A stretch of 64,000 bases of DNA from Candidatus Sericytochromatia bacterium (GTDB lineage: Bacteria > Cyanobacteriota > Sericytochromatia > S15B-MN24 > JAQBPE01). Position numbers and translations under genes: made by a program. Positions 29,605 to 38,516 of this stretch are shown in pieces. The notes beneath the pieces are model-generated. The model was given only the letters and a program-made list of their open reading frames with translations. It did no database searches and was not told the DNA's origin. Where the stretch lies: contig JAYKHR010000066.1 of assembly GCA_035285125.1 (NCBI GenBank), positions 143,762 through 207,761 on the forward strand. Direction: 5' to 3'. Position 1 is the first letter of the stretch; each line of letters opens with the position of its first letter.

Positions 29605-32460
29605 ATGGCTCGAACCGTGGAACCGAAGGACGCAGGCACCCCCACCACCGCGCGGGACTACAAGGGCACCTTGAACCTGCCGCAGACGGACTTCCCCATG
29701 CGGGCGAACTCCGCCGAACGGGAGCCTGACTTTCAGCTTCGGTGGGACGAGATGGGTCTCTACAAGCGCATGCAGGACCGTCGTAGCAGCGCCCCGACCT
29801 TCATGCTCCATGACGGCCCCCCCTACCTCAGCTCGCCGAACATCCACATCGGCCATGCCCTGAATCGCACGCTCAAGGACATCGTCGTCAAGTTCCGCTC
29901 CTTGTCCGGGCATCGGGCCCCGTTTGTGCCAGGCTACGACTGCCACGGCTTGCCCATCGAACATGCCGTCCTCAAGGACGTGGAGGGCGGTCGGCACGCC
30001 ATGAGCCCGGTGGAACTCCGAAACAAGTGCCGCTCCTTCGCCGAGCGAAACCTGGCGGGGCAGCAGTCGCGCTTCCGGCGTCTCGGCATCCTGGCGGACT
30101 GGGATCGGCCCTATCTCACGATGGACCCGGGTTTCGAGGCCCGGCAGGTCGAGGTTTTCGGTGAGATGGCCCAGAAGGGCTTCATCTACCGCGGCTTGAA
30201 GCCCGTTTACTGGTGCCCGACGTGCGAGACGGCCCTGGCCGAAGCCGAGATCGAGTACGTCGAGGAGTTTGCCTCGCCGAGCATCTACGTGAAGTTCCCG
30301 CTGAAAGCCACCAGCCAGATGATGGTGGGCAAGCTCGGCAGCCTTTCAGAGCCTGTGAACCTGGTCATCTGGACGACCACCCCCTGGACCCTGCCTGCCA
30401 ACCTCGGGATTTCCGTGCATCCCCGAATGAAGTACGTGGTCCTTCGCACGGCCGGACACGGGTTGCTGATGCTCGCCAGGGACCTCGTCGAGGCCTTCGG
30501 TAAGGAGACCGGCATCTCTGGCGAACCCGTGGTGGAGTTCGTGGGGGCGGAGTTGGAGATGCTTCAGGCCCAGCACCCCTTCCTGCCCTCCCGGACCAGC
30601 CTTGTGTTGCTTGGGGAGCATGTGACGGCCGACGCCGGCACCGGCCTCGTCCACACCGCTCCCGGTCACGGTGTCGAAGACTTCGAGGTTGGGCGCAAGT
30701 ACCAGCTCCCGGTCTTCGCCCCCCTCAACGCCCAGGGGGTGTTCACGGAAGAGGCGGGAACCCTCGTGGCGGGCCTGCGCTACAGCAAGGCAAACCCGGT
30801 GGTGATCAAGCGGCTCGCCGACACCGGCTTCCTGCTCCACGAGGGCACCCTGGTGCACGCCTACCCGCATTGCTGGCGCTGCCACAAGCCCGTCATCTAC
30901 CGCGGGACCGAGCAGTGGTTCGCCTCGGTGGACGGGTTCCGCAAGGCCGCTCTTGAGGCCATTCACGACGTGCGCTGGATTCCAGCTTCCGGAGAGCGAC
31001 GCATCGAGAACATGGTCGCGAACCGGTCAGACTGGTGCATCTCGCGGCAGCGGACGTGGGGCGTCCCGATCCCCATCTTCTACTGCACCCACGACAACGA
31101 GCCGCTGCTGACGCCTGAATCCGTGCTGGCCGTCAAGACGCGATTCGCCGCTGAGGGCTCGGATGCCTGGTGGACCCGCGACGTGGCGGACCTGCTGCCC
31201 CCCGGCGCGGCCTGCGCCCGGTGTGGCGGCACCTCCTTCCGGAAGGAACAGGACATCATGGACGTGTGGTTCGACTCTGGCAGCAGCCACGCGGCCGTGC
31301 TCGAGGCGCGGCCCGAGTTGTCGTGGCCGGCCGACCTTTACCTGGAGGGCACCGACCAGTACCGTGGCTGGTTCCAGTCCTCGCTGCTGACCTCCGTCTC
31401 CACGCGGGGTACCGCGCCCTACCGGACGGTGGTCACCCACGGCTTCGCCGTCGACGAGCACGGCCGCAAAATGTCCAAGTCGCTGGGTAACGTGGTCGAA
31501 CCGGCCAAGGTGATCGACGCCTACGGCGCCGACATCCTGAGGCTCTGGGTGGCGTCGGTGGACTACACCAGTGACGTCCGGATTTCGGAGAACATCCTCA
31601 AGCAGATGGCCGAAATCTACCGAAAGATCCGCAACACGGCCCGGTTCGCCCTCAGCAACCTGTACGATTTCGAGCGCCAGCGGGACGCCGTCTCCGTCGG
31701 AGAGCTGCACGAGCTCGATCGGTACGCCCTGCATCGCCTCGGCGAGGTGGTCGGCGAACTCACGGGGGCGCTGGAGCGCTACGAGTTCTTCCAGTTCTAC
31801 CAGCTGGTCCAGAACTATTGCGTGGTCGACCTCTCAAGCTTTTACTTCGACATCCGGAAGGATGCGCTCTATGCGGGCGCCGCCGACAGCCACACGCGCC
31901 GCTCCTGCCAGACGGTGCTCGATATCATCGTGCGCACGCTCGCTGTGACCGTCGCTCCTGTCCTCTCCCACCTGGCTGAAGACATCTGGCAGCACCTCCC
32001 CGCCGGTGCAAGGGGAGAGACGGAGAGCGTGTTCCTGACGGACTGGCCGGAGGTGCCCGAGGCTTGGGTTGATCCGATCCTCAAGGCCCGCTGGGAGCAG
32101 GTCGCATCATGGCGTGTGGTGGCGCTCAAGGCCCTAGAGCAAGCGCGGCAGGCGAAGCTCATCGGCTCCGCGCTTGACGCAGCCGTGACGCTGTATCCAC
32201 GTGAAGACGCGATGCGTTCGCACCTGCAGGCCCTCGGACCGGCCATGTTGGCGCAAATCCTGATCGCTTCGGAGGTCAGCCTTGCGCCGGAGGGTGCCCC
32301 CCTGCCGGCTGAGGCCCCCTCGGAGGCTCCGCTGGCCGTGCGGGTCGAGCGGGCCTCCGGGCAAAAGTGCCAGCGGTGCTGGTGTTACTCGCAGAGCGTC
32401 GGCCGTCACGGGGCTCACCCCACGCTCTGTGACAGGTGCGTAGACGTGGTGGACGCCTGA
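29605..32460 (+). CDS. ileS: Isoleucyl-tRNA synthetase (type 1)
   Basis: HIGH, KMSKS, DWCISRQR and C-terminal CQRC...CDRC zinc finger. Confidence 0.98.
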   Translation: MARTVEPKDAGTPTTARDYKGTLNLPQTDFPMRANSAEREPDFQLRWDEMGLYKRMQDRRSSAPTFMLHDGPPYLSSPNIHIGHALNRTLKDIVVKFRSLSGHRAPFVPGYDCHGLPIEHAVLKDVEGGRHAMSPVELRNKCRSFAERNLAGQQSRFRRLGILADWDRPYLTMDPGFEARQVEVFGEMAQKGFIYRGLKPVYWCPTCETALAEAEIEYVEEFASPSIYVKFPLKATSQMMVGKLGSLSEPVNLVIWTTTPWTLPANLGISVHPRMKYVVLRTAGHGLLMLARDLVEAFGKETGISGEPVVEFVGAELEMLQAQHPFLPSRTSLVLLGEHVTADAGTGLVHTAPGHGVEDFEVGRKYQLPVFAPLNAQGVFTEEAGTLVAGLRYSKANPVVIKRLADTGFLLHEGTLVHAYPHCWRCHKPVIYRGTEQWFASVDGFRKAALEAIHDVRWIPASGERRIENMVANRSDWCISRQRTWGVPIPIFYCTHDNEPLLTPESVLAVKTRFAAEGSDAWWTRDVADLLPPGAACARCGGTSFRKEQDIMDVWFDSGSSHAAVLEARPELSWPADLYLEGTDQYRGWFQSSLLTSVSTRGTAPYRTVVTHGFAVDEHGRKMSKSLGNVVEPAKVIDAYGADILRLWVASVDYTSDVRISENILKQMAEIYRKIRNTARFALSNLYDFERQRDAVSVGELHELDRYALHRLGEVVGELTGALERYEFFQFYQLVQNYCVVDLSSFYFDIRKDALYAGAADSHTRRSCQTVLDIIVRTLAVTVAPVLSHLAEDIWQHLPAGARGETESVFLTDWPEVPEAWVDPILKARWEQVASWRVVALKALEQARQAKLIGSALDAAVTLYPREDAMRSHLQALGPAMLAQILIASEVSLAPEGAPLPAEAPSEAPLAVRVERASGQKCQRCWCYSQSVGRHGAHPTLCDRCVDVVDA

Positions 32461-32478
32461 CGTCCTCGGACGGAGCCC

Positions 32479-34005
32479 ATGAGCGAGGGTCGCAGCTGGC
32501 AGTTTTTTGGGGCGCCCCCGCCGCTCGGGGACGCAGACCACCCGGCCGTGGCCTCCGACGTCGAGGATGAGGGCAGCCCCACCACCGTCGAGGGCTGGCT
32601 GCGGCGTGGCGACAGGGCCCTGGCAACTGGGGAGACTGAGACGGCCCTGGATGCATACTTCCAGGTGCTCCGCATTGAACCCGAGCACGTTGATGCGCGG
32701 TTCAACCTGGCTGTCATCAACCTGACTTGGGGGCATCACGGCGATGCCATCACGCTGCTTCGGGGCATCCTGGCCTCGCGCCCGGATGACGCGGAGGCCC
32801 TCACGGCCCTGGGGTGGGCCCAGCTGTGGGATGGCCAGGCTGACGAGGCCGTTCGCACGTTCCGGCGCGTTCAGCTCAGCCAACCTCAGCACGCGCCCGC
32901 GCTGGTGGGACTCGGCTGGGCACATATGGCTAAAGACCCGCCCACCCTCGGGCGAGCTGCCGATGCGTTCGGCCGGGCCATCGCCCTTCGGACCGACGAT
33001 CGCGAGGCCTACTACGGCCTGGCAACTGTCTGCGAGATGCGCGGGGATCCGGCCCAGGCCGTGCCCCTCCTGGAGGACGCCTTGCGGATGTGGCCCGACG
33101 ACATGCGGGCTCACGAGAGCCTCGCTCGGATCCAGGAACAAATGGGGCAGTGGGAGGCCGCCGCTTACCACCTGATGCAGTTGGCCCACGCCAGGCCCGG
33201 CGACGACCACCTCGACCGCCGCATCGCTTCGCTCTTCACGGCCAACGGTGCGCACGACAGAGCCGCCGTGTTCTGGCGTAAAGTGGCAAGGGCTCACCCT
33301 GAGGACCGGCAGGCATCCCAGGCCCTCGGCGAGATCCTGCTCGCCGTGGAGCGTGTGGACGAAGCCCTCGAGGCCTTCGACGCCATCCTCGTCCGCGATC
33401 CGCAGGCCGCGTCAGCGCTTGCGGGGCGCGGCCTGGCCTGCTTCCGGGCCGGCCGCTGGGGTGAAGCCGCGGAGGCCTTCTTGCAAGCCTCCAAGCGCGA
33501 GCCACTCTGCGGCGATCACCCCTACAACCTCGGCCAGGCCTACATGGAGCTCGGGGAGCATGAGCAGGCGCTGTGGGCCTTCCAACGTGCGCTCCGGCTG
33601 GACCCGACGCTAGTGGATGCCCGAGTGGGGTTGGGCTGGGCTTGCCTCGAGCAGGGACGGCCTGAGACCGCTCGGGACACGTTTCAGGCTGCGTTGGCGT
33701 CGGCACCCGGCCACGCAGCCGCGTCGGATGGACTGGCCACCTGCCTCTGGCGGCTCGGGGCCATCGACGAGGCCATCGCCACGCTGGAGCCGCTGGTGAG
33801 CAGCCCGGACCCAGATGCCGCCGCGCTGAGCTTCAAGCTGGGTATGATCTACGAGGCGCTGGGGCGGAGCGACGATGCTGAGCACCTGCTTCGCGTCGCG
33901 TTGGCTCGTGGGGTCAAGGATATCAGGCTCACCGAGGCCCTTGCGCGCCTTGCAGAGCCCGAGAGCGTCCACTTGGCCCCCCGCACGCAGGAGCAGCAGC
34001 CTTGA
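32479..34005 (+). CDS. Tetratricopeptide repeat protein
   Basis: Many tandem TPR-like helical repeats. Confidence 0.85.
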   Translation: MSEGRSWQFFGAPPPLGDADHPAVASDVEDEGSPTTVEGWLRRGDRALATGETETALDAYFQVLRIEPEHVDARFNLAVINLTWGHHGDAITLLRGILASRPDDAEALTALGWAQLWDGQADEAVRTFRRVQLSQPQHAPALVGLGWAHMAKDPPTLGRAADAFGRAIALRTDDREAYYGLATVCEMRGDPAQAVPLLEDALRMWPDDMRAHESLARIQEQMGQWEAAAYHLMQLAHARPGDDHLDRRIASLFTANGAHDRAAVFWRKVARAHPEDRQASQALGEILLAVERVDEALEAFDAILVRDPQAASALAGRGLACFRAGRWGEAAEAFLQASKREPLCGDHPYNLGQAYMELGEHEQALWAFQRALRLDPTLVDARVGLGWACLEQGRPETARDTFQAALASAPGHAAASDGLATCLWRLGAIDEAIATLEPLVSSPDPDAAALSFKLGMIYEALGRSDDAEHLLRVALARGVKDIRLTEALARLAEPESVHLAPRTQEQQP

Positions 34006-34019
34006 CTGACCCCAGCCGG

Positions 34020-34214
34020 ATGGAGGAAATCGACGTGGCAATCTCCGCGACAGGAGAGGTCACGTTGGGCGTGAGGGGCGTGAGCGGCGGGGCTTGCCTG
34101 GACCTGACGCGGGACCTCGAGGCGCGTCTCGGCACGGTGGCCTCGCGCGAGCACACCGCCGACTTCTACCAGACCGTCGAGCAACCCCAGCAACAATGGA
34201 ACATCGGAGGCTGA
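34020..34214 (+). CDS. DUF2997-like small protein
   Basis: I...GEV...V.GVSG.ACLDLT..LEA.LG.V..REHT.DFY pattern. Confidence 0.75.
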   Translation: MEEIDVAISATGEVTLGVRGVSGGACLDLTRDLEARLGTVASREHTADFYQTVEQPQQQWNIGG

Positions 34215-34225
34215 GCCCGCACGCC

Positions 34226-34786
34226 ATGCGTCGCATCGAGATCCACCATCGTGAGTCCGGCGCTCTCTTGTTCGCGCACGAAGCCAGCGACGGTCGAGTC
34301 GCGACGGCCCTGGAGGCCGCGGCCCGCCAGCAAGCGGATCTGACGGGTGCCGACCTGGCCGAGGAGAACCTGGCCGGCGTCGCCGTCGCGGGGATCCGAC
34401 TGGCGGGCGCGGACCTGTCAGGCGTCAACCTGGCCGGGGCCGTGTTGGCCGGCGCCTCGCTCGTGGGGATCGACCTGTCAGAGGCCAATCTGGCCGGGGC
34501 CGACCTGTCGGAGGCCAACATGGAGGCTGCCGACCTGTCGGAAGCGAACCTCGCCGGGGCGAACATGGCCCGGGCCATGCTTCACGCGGCGGACCTTGCA
34601 GAGGCGAACCTGGCAGGCGCCAACTTGCAGGGGGCAATGCTCAAGCTCGCAGACCTCTCCGAGGCCAACGTCGCGGGGACGGACCTCCGGGCCGCCGTGA
34701 TGACGGCGGCAGATGTCGAGGGTGCGAACTTGCGTGCTGCCCTTCTGGAAGGGGCCATTGACGCCCCCGAACTTGGACCAGCCTGA
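34226..34786 (+). CDS. Pentapeptide repeat protein
   Basis: Long run of A(D/N)Lxx repeats. Confidence 0.92.
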   Translation: MRRIEIHHRESGALLFAHEASDGRVATALEAAARQQADLTGADLAEENLAGVAVAGIRLAGADLSGVNLAGAVLAGASLVGIDLSEANLAGADLSEANMEAADLSEANLAGANMARAMLHAADLAEANLAGANLQGAMLKLADLSEANVAGTDLRAAVMTAADVEGANLRAALLEGAIDAPELGPA

Positions 34787-34818
34787 GTAGCCACCCGGCC
34801 AAGGGGCGGCAGCGGGCC

Positions 34819-35604
34819 TCAGGCCGGGACGCCCAATCGCGCCATGCGGGCCTGATACGCAAGCTTCGCGTGGTCCACGAAGTGCTGAAACAGGCCCATA
34901 AACTCCGGGTAGCTCGCGGCCAGGTTCTCGGGGTGCCACTGCACGGCCATACGCGCGGGGTGATCCAGGGCTTCGATCCCCTCGACCAAGCCATCGGGGC
35001 TCCATGCGCAGGCCTTGAGCCCCTCGCCGAGGTCCTTGACACCCTGATGATGCAGGGAGTTGACGGCGATGACCTTGGGAAGGATGGCGCCCAGTTTGGA
35101 ATCCGGGTCCACCTTCATCGGGTGCACGGCCTTGTATCGATGATCCCTCTGGGAGTGGTGCACGTGGCTTGGACGCTGGCTGGGAAGGTCCTGCCACAGG
35201 GTTCCCCCGAGCGCCACGTTGATCAGCTGCAACCCGCGGCAAACGCCGAGCACTGGCAGTGAGGTCTGATGCCAGACGTGTCGAAACAGCGCCAATTCGA
35301 AGGAATCCCGCTCCATGTCGAGGTCGCCGAGCAGGGGGTGGTGGCTTTCGTTGTATTCCTTCGGGTTGATGTCGACCCCACCGCTGAACAGGATGCCGTC
35401 CAGCGAAGCGACCATACCCGGCACCAGATCCTCGGCCACTGGCGGGATAAACACGGGAATGGCACCGGCCAAGATGACCGCCTTGCAGTAATCCTGCGAG
35501 ATGAGATACAGGGGCGGCTTGACGCCGAACCCGCCAAAGTCGCTGCTGGAGGCGTTGGAGGACATTCCCTCACTGTTGCCGGTGATCCCGATGAAGACAG
35601 CCAA
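34819..35604 (-). CDS. Gamma-glutamyl-gamma-aminobutyrate hydrolase family (peptidase C26, PuuD-like)
   Basis: IGIT, SGGVD, GVCRGLQ, VNSLHHQ and VQWHPE motifs; GAGG RBS before TTG 35604. Confidence 0.9.
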   Translation of the reverse strand: MAVFIGITGNSEGMSSNASSSDFGGFGVKPPLYLISQDYCKAVILAGAIPVFIPPVAEDLVPGMVASLDGILFSGGVDINPKEYNESHHPLLGDLDMERDSFELALFRHVWHQTSLPVLGVCRGLQLINVALGGTLWQDLPSQRPSHVHHSQRDHRYKAVHPMKVDPDSKLGAILPKVIAVNSLHHQGVKDLGEGLKACAWSPDGLVEGIEALDHPARMAVQWHPENLAASYPEFMGLFQHFVDHAKLAYQARMARLGVPA

Positions 35605-35764
35605 GACGCACCTCGTTCCCGGTAGGCTGCTGACTATATACCCTGCCGAGGACCACTTGACCAGTTCAACCTGGCTGAAAGACAGTCCCCGTGCTGCATT
35701 CCCTGAACCTGAACCTCCGTCCCGAGCCCGGGGTATGATGGGACCATCTCTGGGAGGTGCCACC

Positions 35765-36019
35765 ATGCCCACGCCCGACGAAAGGGCCGCGCAACAACGA
35801 CGGTTGCGGTCCAGCATCAAGGCCCGGGAGGACGAGGCGATGGCCAAGTTTCGCGCCATCATCGCCGACACCAGCTTCGATCTCGACCCCTTGTGCGTCT
35901 ACGTCTTGATGGAAAAACTCCGCGGCATGGACAACAGCGCAGGCATCCCGGAGCGCAGCTACAAAAAGGCCGAGCAGATGTTACGCGTGCTGGGCCTCGG
36001 CAAGCACTGGGGCGAGTGA
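35765..36019 (+). CDS. Small hypothetical protein
   Basis: GGTATGAT -10, GGAGG RBS and normal codon usage. Confidence 0.65.
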   Translation: MPTPDERAAQQRRLRSSIKAREDEAMAKFRAIIADTSFDLDPLCVYVLMEKLRGMDNSAGIPERSYKKAEQMLRVLGLGKHWGE

Positions 36020-36020
36020 G

Positions 36021-36488
36021 CTACCGCAGCGGCGGACAGGCCATCTTGGTCGACACGACGGCCAACCCCGACAGCCCAACGATCTCGGCCGCAGCCGTCC
36101 CCTCGGCGGCGGCGGAGGCGCGGTTGCAGTCATCCGCGGCCATGCCTGCCACCACCACCCGGTAGCGCTCTCCAATCGAGACGCTGCGGGAAGGGAGGAC
36201 CAGACCGCGGGCCAGTTCGTCCCGCGAGACAAAGGTCTCTTCAGGGGTGGCTGTCCCCGCGGCCTCGCGGCTCAGTTGCTCCGCGTCGTAAATGGCGACG
36301 GTGATTTGCTTTTTGTTGCTGAAAGCCGCAGCGTCGAGCGTCAGGCGAAAGGTCACGGTGGGCTGGCTGCCAGCCCCCTGGCTGCCCCCGCTCGGCGATG
36401 CGGCTGTCCGCACGCCTTGCCCCGTGTTGCATGCGAGCAGCAGCACGGCGGCCGCGCCCAGCACGCTTACCAACAACCCAGAAGCCAT
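36021..36488 (-). CDS. Hypothetical lipoprotein
   Basis: AAGGAGG RBS; hydrophobic signal with LLAC lipobox. Confidence 0.65.
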   Translation of the reverse strand: MASGLLVSVLGAAAVLLLACNTGQGVRTAASPSGGSQGAGSQPTVTFRLTLDAAAFSNKKQITVAIYDAEQLSREAAGTATPEETFVSRDELARGLVLPSRSVSIGERYRVVVAGMAADDCNRASAAAEGTAAAEIVGLSGLAVVSTKMACPPLR

Positions 36489-36558
36489 GGCAACTTCCTC
36501 CTTCGCCCCGCCCAGCATCCCACGCCCCGAGGCGCACCGCATCAGGCGGCCGGGTCGA

Positions 36559-37476
36559 TCAGCGTTTCAGCTTTGGGTCCAGGGCGTCGCGCAGGCCGTC
36601 ACCCACATAGTTCACGCTGACGATGGTCAGGAAGATCAGCAACCCGGGGTAGACGGCAAGCCAGGGCGTGTCGATCATGTACTGCTGGGCGTTGGTCAGC
36701 ATGTTGCCCCAAGTCGGCACAGGGGGCTGGATGCCGAAGCCCAGGAACGACAGGGCAGACTCCATCATGATGGCGTCCGCGACCCCCAGCGTGGTCGCCA
36801 CGAAGATCGGCGCCATGGCGTTCGGAAGCATGTGCCGCACGATGATGCGCTGGTCGTCCATGCCCTGCGCCCGCGCCGCCTCGACGTACTCCTGCTCGCG
36901 GATCGTCAGGAACTCGCCGCGCACCAGCCGCGAGACCGTCATCCACCCGGTGATGCCCAGGATGAAGATGATGATGCCGATCTGGCCGCCCGGGAAGGCG
37001 TTGGCCTTGAGGAAGGTCGACAGGACCATCATGAGCATCAAGACGGGCACAGCCAGCATGACATCCGCCACGCGCATCACCACGCCGTCCATCAGCTTCC
37101 CATAGAAGCCGGCGACGGCCCCCAGGGTCGCCCCGATGAGGACCCCCACAACGGCCGCCGCGAGGCCGACGGTCAACGATGTGCGTCCGGCCGTCAGGAG
37201 CCTCACGAGGGTGTCCTGTCCCAACTCGTCGGTCCCCAGCGGGTGCGCGAAGGAGAAGGCCTCCTTGGTGTGCTCCAGGTCGAGGTCGTCAAAGCCGTAG
37301 GGGATGAGCGCCGGGCCAAGCCAGCAGGCCAGGACGAGCAGCAGCAGCACCAACAGTCCGGCCATCGCCAGCTTGTGGCGCCTGAAGCGACGCCAGACGC
37401 CCTGCCAGTATGGCTCCGCGGTGTCAGCCAGGACCTGGGTTGCAGCGCCGGTCCCCTCTGCGGTGGTCATGGGCAC
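36559..37476 (-). CDS. oppC: Peptide/nickel ABC transporter permease (OppC/DppC)
   Basis: HPLGTDELG, EYVEAARAQG, ESALSFLGFG and GDGLRDALDP motifs. Confidence 0.9.
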   Translation of the reverse strand: MPMTTAEGTGAATQVLADTAEPYWQGVWRRFRRHKLAMAGLLVLLLLVLACWLGPALIPYGFDDLDLEHTKEAFSFAHPLGTDELGQDTLVRLLTAGRTSLTVGLAAAVVGVLIGATLGAVAGFYGKLMDGVVMRVADVMLAVPVLMLMMVLSTFLKANAFPGGQIGIIIFILGITGWMTVSRLVRGEFLTIREQEYVEAARAQGMDDQRIIVRHMLPNAMAPIFVATTLGVADAIMMESALSFLGFGIQPPVPTWGNMLTNAQQYMIDTPWLAVYPGLLIFLTIVSVNYVGDGLRDALDPKLKR

Positions 37477-37483
37477 GCCTCCC

Positions 37484-38512
37484 TCAGTTGAACCGGATGC
37501 GGGGATCGAGCGCCGCGTAAAGCACGTCCGCCAGCAGGTTGCTCAGCACCACCAGGGCCGCGGAGATAAACATCACGGCCATCACCACGGGGTAGTCGGA
37601 CTTGGTCAGCGAGTCGATGAAGAGCCGGCCCACCCCGGGCCAGGCAAAAATTTGTTCGGTGATGAGCGCGCCCGCGAACAGCGAGGGCAAGGCCAACGCC
37701 ACGAGCGTGACCACCGGAATCAGCGCATTCCGCAGGGCGTGTTTGCCCACCACCACGCGCTCAGACAGGCCCTTGGCACGCGCCATTCGCACGTAATCCA
37801 TCCGCACGACCTCCAGCATGCTGGAGCGGGCGTAGCGAGACCAGGAGGCGATGCTGACGATGCTCAACACGGCGACCGGGAGCACCATGTGTGCCGCGAG
37901 GTCCAGCCAGGCGCCAACCGCAGGCGCACTAAAGAGGGCTCCAAGGGTGCCTTCGTGCTCGGCGCTGAACATCCCGGCGGCGGGCAGCCAGTGGCCCGTC
38001 GAAACCGTCTGCCCCCCCAGCGTGAAGGTGTAGTCGTTGGCGGCAAAGACCATCATCAGGAGGATGCCGAACCAGAACGTGGGCATCGAGTATCCGAAGA
38101 AGGCAAAGGTCGTGACCCCGTAGTCGAACAGGCTGTACTGCCGGATGGCTGAAATGACGCCAAAGGCGACGCCGAGCAGCACGCTGATCACGAGCGAAGA
38201 GCCCATCAGCAACACGGTGTTCGGAATGCGCTCCCAGAGCATCTCGGCCACGGGGCGCCCAGTGAACAGTGAGACGCCGAGGTTGCCCTGGACGAGCTGC
38301 CACAGCCACTTCGCGTAAGCCACGTACCAGGGCGCGTTCAGTCCCATCTGCTCCCGGATGCGGGCGAGGTCCTCAGCCCGCACGTGGGGGTTCTGGCCGT
38401 AGACCGCCTCGGGCCCACCGGGCGCCAGACGCATCAGCCCGTACAGAATCAGGGACACGCCGATCAGCAGAGGCAGCGAGACCAACAGGCGCCGCAGCAG
38501 GTAACGACCCAT
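37484..38512 (-). CDS. oppB: Peptide/nickel ABC transporter permease (OppB/DppB)
   Basis: DYVRMARAKGL, HALRNAL, TEQIFAWPG and LDPRIR motifs. Confidence 0.9.
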   Translation of the reverse strand: MGRYLLRRLLVSLPLLIGVSLILYGLMRLAPGGPEAVYGQNPHVRAEDLARIREQMGLNAPWYVAYAKWLWQLVQGNLGVSLFTGRPVAEMLWERIPNTVLLMGSSLVISVLLGVAFGVISAIRQYSLFDYGVTTFAFFGYSMPTFWFGILLMMVFAANDYTFTLGGQTVSTGHWLPAAGMFSAEHEGTLGALFSAPAVGAWLDLAAHMVLPVAVLSIVSIASWSRYARSSMLEVVRMDYVRMARAKGLSERVVVGKHALRNALIPVVTLVALALPSLFAGALITEQIFAWPGVGRLFIDSLTKSDYPVVMAVMFISAALVVLSNLLADVLYAALDPRIRFN

Positions 38513-38516
38513 CCGG

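Noticed and set aside
34330..34760. Repetitive DNA that might be a CRISPR array
   Set aside because: Degenerate 15/30-bp periodicity encoding pentapeptide repeats; no spacers or cas genes.
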